A DNA stretch of 64,000 nucleotides from Macrostomum lignano (lineage: Eukaryota). The position numbers and the translations under genes were made by a program. A model generated the notes under the pieces. That model made no database searches, was not told the DNA's origin, and saw only the letters and a list, made by a program, of their open reading frames with translations. Location: positions 86,061-150,060 of the forward strand of contig NIVC01002679.1 of the NCBI GenBank assembly GCA_002269645.1, written 5' to 3'. Numbering within the stretch: the first letter of the stretch is position 1; each line of letters begins with the position of its first letter. This document shows, one piece after another, positions 13,205-24,962 of the stretch.

Positions 13205-14520
13205 TTCTTCGCGGAACGCCGAATTTCTCTGGGTTCTTCAGGGGGCGCCGAATTTCTCTCGGGTTCTTCAGGGGGCGCCGAATTTCTCTCGGGTTCTTCA
13301 GGGGCCCGAATTTCTCTTGGGTTCTTCAGGGGCCCGAATTTCTCTTGGGTTCTTCAGGGGGCGCCGAATTTCTCTCGGGTTCTTCAGGGGCCCGAATTTC
13401 TCTCGGGTTCTTCAGGGGGCGCCGAATTTCTCTCGGGTTCTTCAGGGCGCGTCGAATTTCTCTGGGTTCTTCAGGGGGCGCCGAATTTCTCTCAGGTTCT
13501 TTAGGGGGCGCCGAATTTCTCTTGGGTTCTTCAGGGGGCGCCGAATTTCTCTCGGGTTCTTCAGGGCGCGTCGAATTTTCTGGGTTCTTCAGGGGCGCCG
13601 AATTTCTCTCGGGTTTTTCAGGGGGCGCCGAATTTCTCTCGGGTTCTTCAGGGGGCGCCGAATTTCTCTTGGGTTCTTCAGGGGGCGCCGAATTTCTCTC
13701 GGGTTCTTCAGGGGGCGCCGAATTTCTCTCGGGTTCTTCAGGGGGCGCCGAATTTCTCTGGGTTCTTCAGGGGGCGCCGAATTTCTCTTGGGTTCTTCAG
13801 GGGGCGCCGAATTTCTCTCGGGTTCTTCAGGGGCGCCGAATTTCTCTCGGGTTCTTCAGGGGCGCCGAATTTCTCTCGGGTTTTTCAGGGGGCGCCGAAT
13901 TTCTCTCGGGTTCTTCAGGGGCGCCGAATTTCTCTCGGGTTTTTCAGGGGGCGCCGAATTTCTCTCGGGTTCTTCAGGGGGCGCCGAATTTCTCTCGGGT
14001 TCTTCAGGGGCGCCGAATTTCTCTCGGGTTTTTCAGGGGGCGCCGAATTTCTCTCGGGTTCTTCAGGGGGCGCCGAATTTCTCTCGGGTTCTTCAGGGGG
14101 CGCCGAATTACTCTGGGTTCTTCAGGGGGCGCCGAATTTCTCTCGGGTTCTTCAGGGGGCGCCGAATTTCTCTCGGGTTCTTCAGGGGGCGCCGAATTAC
14201 TCTCGGGTTATTCAGGGGGCGCCGAATTTCTCTGGGTTCTTCAGGGGGCGCCGAATTTCTCTCGGGTTATTCAGGGGGCGCCTATTCTTTCTTGGATTCT
14301 TCAGAGGGCGCCGAATTTCTCTCGGGTTTTTCAGGGGGCGCCGAATTTCTCTCGGGTTCTTCAGGGGGCGCCGAATTTCTCTCGGGTTCTTCAGGGGGCG
14401 CCGAATTTCTCTCGGGTTCTTCAGGGGGCGCCTATTCTTTCTTGGATTCTTCAGAGGGCGCCGAATTTTTCATGGGTTCCTTCAGGATGTTTTTCCTGGG
14501 TTCTTCAAGGTCACCGACTT
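13205..14520. repeat. 30-bp minisatellite (GGGGGCGCCGAATTTCTCTCGGGTTCTTCA)
   Basis: Direct inspection; explains ORFs 13152..14576 and 13345..14535. Confidence 0.97.
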
Positions 14521-15105
14521 TTTTTGGGTTTTTAAGGGGCATTCGGGTTTTTCAATACGTTCGTTTAATCAGTTAGCTTATCAGTTTAATAACTGCTGTC
14601 ACGTGACTGCATCATGTGATGAGCGCAGACAGTCAGCGGTAGTGAAATGCATTATATGCGAGCGAAATAAGAAAACAGACATGAAGTATATTATAAAGTT
14701 ACATACTAGAAGTTATAAAGTAATACTAGACTGAATTTCGGACATGACAAGTCAAACATTTTGTGCTTCAATTTGGTTAGCGATTCACTTCAGTACAGAA
14801 TTTTTTGCCATAATGAAACAAAATCTTTCACACTAGACTGCTGATTGCTGCTGCTGTTGACAGAACAGAAATGTAACTATGAACTGATGCCTGCTTGAGT
14901 TTTTTATTTTAGCTTCTTCTTTCCGTCTGTCTGCTGCTGTGTGACTTTCTAGAATCTAGGAATATTTGATACAAGACCCAGTTGCTTTCCAATTCCACAC
15001 CAAGTCGTTATTAATAATATATCAATGACTGGTATTAACACAGCCCATAGATACTAAGATACTTCTAGATACTATTATAATGTTAAAGCAAACACTTTCA
15101 CTCAC

Positions 15106-15196
15106 CAATCCTGGCTGATAGTACAGAAAATGGAAGCAACAAAAACGCAGCAAGCAGTGCCAGCGTTGTTGCAGTCGTACGTTGACTTTGGAGCAT
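15106..15196 (-). CDS. EGF-repeat (Notch/Crumbs-like) gene, coding exon 1: signal peptide
   Basis: ATG at 15196 gives MLQSQRTTATTLALLAAFLLLPFSVLSARI(G), a hydrophobic signal-like peptide ending at a G|GTGAGT donor (phase 1) that joins exon 2 in frame. Confidence 0.75.
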
Positions 15197-16444
15197 CTTT
15201 TTTCACTTTTCGGTAGTGAGTTTTAGAAGAAGGTCTTGGTCAATGGTTACTTCTTATAAGCACGATATAAGTCTTGATTTTTAGGAGTCCATTCTCCTAT
15301 CTGTAAGTAGGCTGAGCTGAGATTGAGAGAGAGACCGTGTTTTTAATTCACAGAGCGGGCGCGCTGGGAACTTTTTATGCGGCCGGTTTGTTCAAAGCTT
15401 TTTTATTTTTCTCTGTCTCTATTTTGGGGGGCAAGCTTTCGGTCGGGTCCTTTTTTCGCCTGCAGCGGCGGGGTCCCTGCTGTAAAATTAGAAGAGGGGC
15501 CGGGGGTTGGGGGTGGCCCCGACGGCGCGTTCTGGTTGGCTGGCTGGCAGAGGGTAAGGGGGGAGAACGGGGGTCGGTTCGGTTGTAGTTTGCAACGTTT
15601 TATCATCTGAACTGAACCCAAACTCCCTTCGGCTTGCTATCTAAGGCAGTTAAAATTATCTGTACAGGGGACTGGGGGGATGTACATTGCTCACAAACCG
15701 TGAGAAAGATTCGGACTTCCCAATCTGACTGTTCTTTTTTATTTCGCTCATTCCACTGTCTCAGTCTGTTATCAACTCTATTCATAGTTTGTTTTTACTA
15801 TTGACGTCAGAAAGATTGTTTAATTCCCTAATTAAGCTACGTTTCCCAATTCCTTCAGCCTCAATTACTTTACATTTGTGACTTTGTCGAGCAATCAATT
15901 AATATTAGTACGTAGCTGGTGCATTGATTATTGCTTGCTAAATTTAGATAACTTACGAAACAAGTTCAAAATGAGATGCAAAACTTAAATATCTGGAAAT
16001 GATCAAATATCCCATTGTAAAAAATCAAAAAAGCCTCCACCATCTGAATCAAGTTCGAACTCCAACTCAATTTTCATCAACCCCATTTGGACCATGGGAT
16101 GGGAAAATGAAAACGAATGCCTTAACAACAACAAAAACGACCACAAACACCGTTTTCCGGTTTGCGTTGAAAGAAATCGACAGCAATAAACTTAATTTTT
16201 ATGCCGTTATCTCATAATTTGCATATTCGATTTTTTTATTTTTTTCTAATCGTTGCTACGCTCGTATGCTGCATTTTTATATGATTACTTGTCTTCATAA
16301 GCAATTAAATTTCAATGACTAAATGAGAAGTCTCAAATTATAAATGACACGAAGTCGAAACCTGACTGCCACAAAGGTTATCTTAACTGAGTTCGAATAA
16401 GCATTGATAGCATCCGGTTTCGTGTCTCGTGGCATTGATGAGAT

Positions 16445-16700
16445 TTGTACATGTACTTATGATCGGAGAGATGGGATCTGAACTTATGATCAGATGGAAT
16501 CTGTACATATTTATGACCAGATGGAATCTGTACTTATGATCGGAGAGATGGGATCTGAGCTTATATGATCAACTGGGATCTGAACTTATGATCGGAGAGA
16601 TGGGATCTGTTTATGATCAGATGGAATCTGAACTTATGATCAGATGGAATCTGTGCTTATGATCAGATGGGAACTATAACATAGGATCAGAGAGATGGGA
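16445..16700. repeat. Degenerate ~25-bp repeat (TTATGATCAGATGGAATCTG)
   Basis: Direct inspection. Confidence 0.85.
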
Positions 16701-17849
16701 TCAGTGCTGCAATTAAAAAGGGATCTGGTCAAGGATAGAAAGGGATCTGGATAAGATTTAAACCAGGGGGATTGGCTCGATATTAGGATCATGAAAATGG
16801 GATTTGTACTGAAACTTAAGGGATTGGATCTATTAAAATGTATAGATCCTATTCCAGTCCTCAGTTTCTGTTAGTTAGACATTTAAAGAACGGGATTAAA
16901 TGGGATTAAAAGTGTTTTTTTTTCAAAATTAACAATCGGATGGGAAAATATGTGCATGGCAAAAATTGATTGCTATATTACTGTCAGAAACGGAGACTTT
17001 CAAAGAATTCGCATACCTTCTTGTGCACCACAGTTCGCCGTTGGAGTCGGTTGCGGATGAATTTAAAATGGAACGCAAAATGTCGGTTTTAATTTTTTGA
17101 CATGCCCCCCCCCCTATGATGCAAGCCGTCGTGGAACATATGATGCTTCCTTTCCTGCCTCGTCGGGTTCCCATCGCAGCCGGGATACGCAGGTATAGAC
17201 ACGGGGGGTATCGCATAGAACCAGACGGACAGTTGTTGTTAAGGAGCTACATATACTCGCGGGGGCGAGAGGGCCACGGATGAATACTTAGCGTAAAACA
17301 TGCCCGACTAGCTGGAGAGGCCGACTATATAGAAGCTAAAAGAAGACAAGCAAAAGTTGGAACACTTTTCAAATCTGCTTTTTAGTTTTTTGGCGTAAAA
17401 ATGGTCGATTCACATGGCTTAGCAGAAACTTTAATTAAGCCTTAAGCTTGACCCATTCATTGGAGGCCTAGAAGCAGAACTTAAGGTAGCAACTCTTTGC
17501 CGAACCCCGCATTTTCAGACAAATGAAATCAATCACATGCCTGCCTGCCTACCTAACATGTAAAGATACAAACCATTTTTAGTATATAGGTGTAGGACTA
17601 TAGCAATCTGGGAGGAGGGGGAGAACAACAAAGACAACAAAGAAAGGGATACATTGTTTGAATAAACTACATGTAGGTTTTGACCTTGTACAGTCGATGT
17701 TGTTAATATCTCAAGGAAATAATGTTAAAAAAGCAAAAAAAACATTTATCCAGCATTCCCTGTGAGCTTCGGCATCAAAACCTACCTTTAAATTTAAGCC
17801 ATGGCTTAATGTTTAAGGGCTTAATCCCATGGCATCTCAGCAACCCCGC

Positions 17850-18770
17850 CCCACCCATGAGCCACAGAATTTCAGCAATTTCTTCATGAGCCTTAGCATC
17901 TAGCAATTCCCCCGTAATCCTTAGCATCTCAGCAATTCCCCCGTAAGCCTTAGCATCTAGCAATTCCCCCGTAATCCTTAGCATCTCAGCAATTCCCCCG
18001 TAAGCCTTAGCATCTTGCAATTCCCCCGTAAGCCTTAGCATCTCAGCAATTCCCCCGTAATCCTTAGCATCTCAGCAATTCCCCCGTAAGCCTTAGCATC
18101 TCAGCGATTCCCCCGTAATCCTTAGCATCTCAGCGATTCCCCCGTAAGCCTTAGCATCTAGCAATTCCCCCGTAATCCTTAGCATCTCAGCAATTCCCCC
18201 GTAAGCCTTAGCATATAGCAATTCCCCCGTAATCCTTAGCATCTCAGCAATTCCCCCGTAATCCTTAGCATCTCAGCAATTCCCCCGTAAGCCTTAGCAT
18301 CTCAGCAATTCCCCCGTAATCCTTAGCATCTCAGCAATTCCCCCGTAAGCCTTAGCATCTAGCAATTCCCCCGTAATCCTTAGCATCTCAGCAATTCCCC
18401 CGTAAGCCTTAGCATCTAGCAATTCCTCCGTAAGCCTTAACATCTAGCAATTCCCCCGTAAGCCTTAGCATCTAGCAATTCCCCCGTAATCCTTAGCATT
18501 TCAGCAATTCCTCCGTAAGCCTCAGCATCTCAGTGATTCCTCTGTAATCCTTAGCATCTCAGTGATGCAATTCCTCCGTAAGCCTTAGCATCTAGCAGTT
18601 CTCTCAAGGAAATCCTTAGCATCGCAGCAATTCCCCGGAAGCCTTAGCATCTCAGCAATTCCTCCGTAATCCTTAGCATCTCAGTGATTCCCCCGCGAGA
18701 CTTGACATCTCAGCAATTCCCCCAAGAGTTACAGCATTTCAATAATTCCCCCCAAGCCTTAGCAACTCTA
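17850..18770. repeat. ~29-bp minisatellite (ATCTCAGCAATTCCCCCGTAAGCCTTAGC)
   Basis: Direct inspection; same family as 40690-41570. Confidence 0.95.
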
Positions 18771-19409
18771 CACGTTGGCCTTGATGTCTGAAAGATATTC
18801 ATCTGGGCGAGGTAGAGTCACAATAACCCATAGTCAATGTAAATTGTATAATATAATCAGGCGCCACAAGATTTTAGCGCCAATTAAGCGCCGCAGGATA
18901 GACTTTAGCGCCAAATTATAGCAAATGTCACTCCGTAAAAAATGGAAAAATGAATCCGATGGAACTGGAAAACTGCAGCCAGTCCTACTACAGTTGTCTT
19001 GAAAATTGTCTTGAAAGTTGACCACTGCAGACCCCCGCGACCTCCTCCCCCCCCTCAAGTTAGCGGCTTTTAGCATCCCAGCTGCTCTCCTGCATCACCA
19101 GGGAAGGGGAGTCAATGGGATTCGCCTGTTCTTTGCCGGCAAACTTGGCAACTGCATGGCACTTTGTGTCGCTGCGTCGTGAATGCTTTTGAAAAAGCTG
19201 CATAGCCGGCACTTAAGAGTTGCCAAGTGATTGAAAAAATGCTGTTCGTGGGAGTTTCTTTACACAATTGACCTTCCCTGTCACATTCTCCCGCCGCGGG
19301 GAGAACCACAGATGGAAGTACTCGTATGTTAACCTAGTGGCATGGTTTGCTTTAATTCCGTTAACTGGGTTATTTTGTATTTTGGCTGAGAACTGAATGG
19401 GGTGTGTAT

Positions 19410-19990
19410 GGACAGGAGTTTTATTGGGTGTTTATTGGGTTGGAAGTTTATGGACTAGGTGCTTATTGGTTTAGAAGTTTATTTGGTGTGTGTGTATTGG
19501 GTTGGAAGTTTATAACCTGGGTGTTTATTGGGTTGGAAGTTTATGGGCTGGGTGTTTATTGGGTTGGAAGTTTATGGGCTGGGTGTTTATTGGGTTGGAT
19601 GTTTATGGGCTGGGTATTTATTGGGTTGGAAGTTTATTTGGTGTGTGTATTGGCTTGGAAGTTTATGGGCTGGGTGATTATTGGCTTGGAAGTTTATAAC
19701 CTGGGTGTTTATTGGGTTGGAAGTTTATGGGCTGGGTGTTTATTGGGTTGGAAGTTTATGGGCTGGGTATTTATTGGGTTGGAAGTTTATTTGGTGTGTG
19801 TATTGGCTTGGAAGTTTATGGGCTGGGTGATTATTGGATTGGATGTTTATAACCTGGGTGTTTATTGGGTTGGAAGTTTATGTGCTGGGTGTTTATTGGG
19901 TTGGAAGTTTATGGGATAGGTGTTTATTGGGTTGGATGTTTATTTGGTGTGGGTATTGGCTTGTAATTTTATGGGCTGGGTGATTACTGG
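19410..19990. repeat. ~31-bp minisatellite (TTTATTGGGTTGGAAGTTTATGGGCTGGGTG)
   Basis: Direct inspection. Confidence 0.95.
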
Positions 19991-21539
19991 GTTGAAGTTT
20001 TTCAGCTAGAATTTTATTATAAGTTTATAGGCCACCTGCGAAATGAATTTATGCAGTTATGCACAGACCGAGTTTGTAGATTCTTGCCACTAAATTGGCA
20101 AAAAATCTGCACAACTGAAATGAGTAAATAACTAACTAAATAAACCGACGCATTCCGCGTTTTGAAAAAAAGCAACACTAAAGATGAATTCGAAGCGCTC
20201 ACATGACGAAATGCTGAAATTCATGAACTTGGCATTGTATACCTCGGTTGACAAATCACCGAAAATTTCAATATTCTGCAGTGTCATACTGCAATCCATT
20301 GCGTTTAAACAGTCCGTCCATCGCTCATATGGGACAGGTATGTTGCTTTTTTGCTTCATCTAGCCGACCTGACAGAGAAAAATCTGCTTCTGGTAGAAGT
20401 TTGATGGCAGGAGCCGGAGGAATTCCAGCCATAGACATCTGGTCACGAAAGCCCACGCATGGGACACTGCAGGAGGCGAACCAAGTGGAGGCAACCCAAA
20501 TCCGTTTTTACAACGCCTCTGGACCCCCAGCATGTGTTTTGTCCCACTTTTTGCTTTGCCCCCCTACTTTTAATTCCCACAGGTCTTTGTTTTTTCAAAC
20601 GGCGGGGCGGATTTCCTCATGGCTGCTAGTTGCGTATGGGAATTAAGTCCGGGGGGCTTGTGTTTTTGTCAATCACTCGGCGGGGTCCTGGCCAGAAACA
20701 GGAGAAGAAAAACTGTCCCCCTATACACGCGCAGGTTCCCACCGCTTTGCCAACACCTAAATCTGTTCTAATACTCCGGCGCCGTCCTCCAGATCCCACT
20801 ATGGCACCCCCTCCCGCGACAACGTCAGCAAGGCACCCCTAGCGACTAGATAGGGATTGGCATAGGAGTGACCATTCCTAATCTCCCACGGGTACGAAAA
20901 TTTCCCAAAACTTCTTCCCAGACTCTTTTCGCCATCCCCCCTCCCCCCTACTGAGCTGCGTTGTCAAGGCCTGCTGAAGGAGACAGTGGGGGGAACGGAC
21001 GGTGGAACTTGCCTTGAGACAGACAGGGAGCTTCGCCGCGTCAGCTTCCGGAAACTCCCGCCGCCGCGCCCCCGCGGAGTCAAAGCCGGGAATTTCTATG
21101 CAAGTGGTCTGGCCCGGCGGCTGCAGCGGGGAGCATGCAGTTCCATCCGTTCCCGTGATTTCAATCGTAGCCGCGGTTAGAATAGCTTTAGTGGTCAACC
21201 TGCCTGCAGGTTAGAGTTTAAGTGGCCGCCGCATGCGCCCCTGGGTCTGGGCCGCATGTTGCTCGGATGACCGATGCCCAATGCATTTTTCCCGGTTACC
21301 AAGGCTTCCCGAATGGACTATTCATTGTTCTTAACTACCGCGCGTTATCATGATGCAGTAGCTGGTTGGGATTCTGTGAGCAGCGGGGGTCCGTATCGAT
21401 ATCACGGCAGTCGCAACCTCCGGAGTGATCGCCATGAAATCAGACATTGTTTGCAGGGCTGAAATAATTTTTGCTTCCCAGTACAGTTTTTTTTAATCCG
21501 TACCTCCAAAAAGAAATTTATTTGCTCATTAATTTAGTC

Positions 21540-21731
21540 AAGTGAAATTTGATCTGGGTGTCAGGCGAACTGGAACCATCATTGTCTTCGTTACGCTCGT
21601 AAAGACCAAATTTCGTGTGATCACACAACTTTTACATTAAATGTACACACACCCTCAATAACTCCAGCTAATGCTGATACCCATTTTACAGCTGTGTGAA
21701 CTGAAGCAATGCAGAGTTTAGTGTCTTGCTC
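21540..21731 (-). mobile_element. CORE-SINE fragment
   Basis: 21680-21731 CCCATTTTACAGCTGTGTGAACTGAAGCAATGCAGAGTTTAGTGTCTTGCTC aligns by eye with the MIR CORE domain. The head is replaced by a GA tract. Confidence 0.6.
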
Positions 21732-21734
21732 CTC

Positions 21735-22250
21735 GAGAGAGGAGAGGAGAGGGAAGAGGAGAGAGGAGAGGGGAGAGAAGAGAGAAGAAGAGAGAGGAGA
21801 GGAGGGGAGAGGAGATTAAAAAAATAATTTAGAGATTGGAGAGAGGAGGAAGAGGAAGAAGAGAGAGGAGAGAAGAGAGAAGAAGAGAGAGGAGAGGAGG
21901 GGAGAGGAGATTAAAAAAATAATTTAGAGATTGGAGAGAGGAGGAAGAGGAAGAAGAGAGAGGAGAGAAGAGAGAAGAAGAGAGAGGAGAGGAAAGGGGA
22001 GAGGGCAGGGAAAGGAGAGAGAGGAGAGAGGAGAGAAGAGAGGAGAGGAGAGGGGGAGGAGATGTGAGATGAGATGAGAAAGAGGAGAGAAAAAGAGAGA
22101 GAGGGGAGAGAGGAGAAGAGAGAGGGGAGAGAAGAGAAGAGAGAGAAGAGAGAGGAGAGAGAGGAGAGGAGAGAGGAGAGGAGAGAGAAGAGGAAGGAGG
22201 AGATTAGAGACTAGGTGAGAGAGAATAAATCAAAGAGAAGAGAGTAGAGA
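21735..22250. repeat. GA-rich low-complexity tract
   Basis: Direct inspection. Confidence 0.95.
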
Positions 22251-22283
22251 AGTGTCAAAACGACCCGAGAATAGAGAGGCTTC

Positions 22284-22326
22284 GCGGGCCGCCTGTGGCC
22301 CGTGGGACGGACTTTGCCGACTCATG
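22284..22326. mobile_element. Orphan hAT/Charlie-like right end
   Basis: GCGGGCCGCCTGTGGCCCGTGGGACGGACTTTGCCGACTCATG resembles a Charlie subterminal sequence plus TIR. It follows a GA-rich tract (21735-22250); no left end found. Confidence 0.5.
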
Positions 22327-22900
22327 GTATTTACTAAAGAATCACTTCAAAGCTGGCTTATAGGTTTCTGTAAAAGTTATTGTTCCACCATCAAACGGTA
22401 ATTTTGAAGCAAGTAAGGTTGAATTTATTTCGTGCTATTTTTACGGTTTGTTAGATAGATTGATTGGAGTCTAATAGTTGATAAATCTGCTCTTACCATT
22501 ACAAGCTGTATTCAAACTAAAGAAATTATTTTTTTAATTCTTTTGAAAGCATGTAAATTTCATGTACATCTATCTAAAGCTATTAGCTAATCATAAAATT
22601 ATCAGCACAGGAATGTAATTGACAAAATTTAATGTTTATTAAATCGAATACTGTTGCAGTCAAATACCAGTCACACTCCAGGCTGGCAAATTGGTGAAAA
22701 CGCCTAGCAAATTATGTATGTAATGTAAATGTAATTTACTTTAATTTAATGTAATTTAATGTAATTTACATCACATGTATGTAAATGTACTCTTGGCAGC
22801 TGTCTCGCATGAAAATACTCGTAATAGAGCTTCGGATCTATTAATTTCGAATAAATATTTAGCATAGGTCGTGGATCTAGCTCAAATTGTGCCTACTATT

Positions 22901-23143
22901 GCACGCGAAGGCGTATTCAGCATGCCAGTGAAGTATGAGACAGACTAGGCCCATGGGCTAAGGTCTGCGATGCTTCACGCCTGCCCCTATCTTCAGCAGG
23001 TCAAGGCTGGTGGGAGGTCTGCACCCTCTATTTGCCTCTGGCAGCCGCAGACCCCCCCCCACGCTGTCTCGCAAGTCGACCCAGGGTACTCGTCCCCGCG
23101 TGTGTTCAAGGCAGTCCCTAGGGCTGCTGGACAGACTGGGCTC
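22901..23143 (+). ncRNA. HDV-like self-cleaving ribozyme at the retrotransposon 5' end
   Basis: P1 GCACGCG(22901-07)/CGCGTGT(23097-103) with G1-U wobble; P3 GGG/CCC around L3 UACUCGU (23087-93); P1.1 A23088-U23105 and C23089-G23104; P4 hairpin 23106-31; J4/2 C23132-AGA; P2 GACCCA(23078-83)/TGGG-c-TC(23137-43). Confidence 0.8.
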
Positions 23144-23418
23144 CGGCGCTGGCGACCCTATCCAGTGGCTTCGGCCGAATTTGGGTATGCGGGTCTGGCT
23201 CGCCAACCTGCAGGCCGTGGTACTGCTCAACGTACTCTCTAATGCCTAAGGTGTTGACCGTGCCGATGGGCTGGAAGGCCGGGGAGTAGTCCGGTCGCAA
23301 GCGGTCCCCCTCCTGGTGTCGGGCCAGCCTTGAGGGTGCTATTGGCCTACTGCCCGGTCAGGTGGAGCGGCCGGGTGGGTACCGCGCCCCTTTGAGGGTA
23401 GCCCACCAACCTTTTATC

Positions 23419-24939
23419 ATGGCCTTCGAGCCGACTATGGATAAACAAGCTATTTCTAGGGACGGGGACCCTTCTAAACCCCAACCTCAGTCCGAAGGAC
23501 CGGCCGGCCCTGCTGGCAGATCCCAACCGACTGATTCAACTGTGGCAAAGGAAGGACCGGCTGGCTCTGCTGGCAGATCCGACCAGAGCTACCAAACTCA
23601 AAATACCCTAAGACCTGCCAGCTCCGCTGGTGGATCTAAGGGAACCGCGAGCTCTGAGCCTAAAGGACCGGCCAAATCTGGCAGATCCGATGAAGCTCAG
23701 CGGGCTCGGCTTGAGCGCAAACGCGCTAAACAACGCGCCAAAAGGCAGGCCAAGAAGGGAGCTGCGGGGGCCAAAGCGGCGGCGTCCACCATGGATGCTG
23801 AAGCGACTGGAGTCCCAAGGCAACCAGGCGGGCCGGCCGGTGGAAGCTCCAGTAGTTCAGCGGCGGCGCTCCCTGGAGCTGCTGCCGCGGCTGCTGAGGC
23901 CGAAACCACGGCGCAACAAATGGCCACTGCCAACAAGGAGGTTCCTTCGGGAGCTACCTTTGCGGCGAAGGCCAAGGCCAAAATCCCGGGAGTGATCATC
24001 CAAGGTCGCGACCAGGACTGGACCACTGATCAGCTTCAAAAAGTGTGGAGTGCTGTTGACTCCTATCTGATTGAGCTGACTGTCGAGGAGGGAATCTCCA
24101 TCGGCGTTGAGCGGATGGTGCTGCGAAGCACATTCGTTCTTATTGCTCCTAGCAGCGAGGAGGACGCTCGGCGGCTGCTCCAGCGGCTACCGACGGTCTC
24201 CTTGGATGCTGACCTTGGTGGAGCTCTTTTTCTTCGCGAGGGCCAGCGTCCAAAGACGATACCCTATGTGGTTTTCGTCCCTGCTAAGAGCACCGCAGCT
24301 GGACCAGACGTTATTCGCCGGGTCCTACTGCGTCTGAACCCCGACCTCCCTGCTAGTGGACTGGTGTATCACCGCAAAGTCCGCAGGGGGGAGACGGGCA
24401 ACTCAATTGTCCTCGGCCTTTCCAGCACTTGGGCGAGTCGGTACCCTAATGGATCCTCTTTCCAGCTGGGTGCCCTCAAGCTCAAGTTGCGCCGAGGAAA
24501 GTCTGCCAAAGGGAAGGCTACTGCCAACCCCGGCATCTCCGGCAAGAGCGGGGCGCAGTCTAAGGCCCAAGGAAAGGCGCAAGCCGATCCCAAAGCCAAA
24601 GCTGCATCTCGCCCCTCTGCTAGCAGCAGTTCGGCGACCGCGGTAACGGCTCCGGCCGAGCCCCGGGAACCAAACCTGCCAGTCGGAGAAGGAGTTGAGG
24701 ACGAGGCCGGGTCTTCGGAATCCGAGCTCTCCTCGGCCACCTTGGTGGGGTCTGAAGGTAAAGATGCAGGTGAGGAAGCTTCCTCCATCCTGTCATCGGA
24801 GCCTGAGGACTCTGCTGGGGGGCCGGTGGGGGTGAGGAGGCCATGGACGTCGACCAACTCCCATCTCCCAGTCAAGCCCCAGCGGCCTGGGACGAGGACG
24901 ATCTGTTGTCCAAGTCTCCTTGATGGCCCTGGGCTCTAG
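23419..24939 (+). CDS. Retrotransposon ORF1 (gag-like, no zinc knuckle, DUF4780-like core)
   Basis: First ATG at 23419 (MAFEPTMDK...). Basic/Ala-rich N-terminus and a globular core with ...IRRVLLRLNPDLP..., recalled as resembling Loa-clade ORF1. The true C-terminus is probably in another frame (EEAMDVD...DEDDLLSKSP, stop 24921-23). Confidence 0.75.
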   Translation: MAFEPTMDKQAISRDGDPSKPQPQSEGPAGPAGRSQPTDSTVAKEGPAGSAGRSDQSYQTQNTLRPASSAGGSKGTASSEPKGPAKSGRSDEAQRARLERKRAKQRAKRQAKKGAAGAKAAASTMDAEATGVPRQPGGPAGGSSSSSAAALPGAAAAAAEAETTAQQMATANKEVPSGATFAAKAKAKIPGVIIQGRDQDWTTDQLQKVWSAVDSYLIELTVEEGISIGVERMVLRSTFVLIAPSSEEDARRLLQRLPTVSLDADLGGALFLREGQRPKTIPYVVFVPAKSTAAGPDVIRRVLLRLNPDLPASGLVYHRKVRRGETGNSIVLGLSSTWASRYPNGSSFQLGALKLKLRRGKSAKGKATANPGISGKSGAQSKAQGKAQADPKAKAASRPSASSSSATAVTAPAEPREPNLPVGEGVEDEAGSSESELSSATLVGSEGKDAGEEASSILSSEPEDSAGGPVGVRRPWTSTNSHLPVKPQRPGTRTICCPSLLDGPGL

Positions 24940-24962
24940 CCAGATATTGCATTTAATACAGT

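Noticed and set aside
20017-20360. Possible hAT transposase C-terminal relic (SISSCERF...)
   Set aside because: Only one short motif resembles the family, and no matching TIRs or TSD were found.
23132-23190. Alternative ribozyme 3' end using CCGAA-TTTGGGT (23175-86) as J4/2 and P2
   Set aside because: C23176 is tied up in a GGC-UUCG-GCC hairpin and no continuous P4 leads to it; the nearer C23132 register gives a compact fold.
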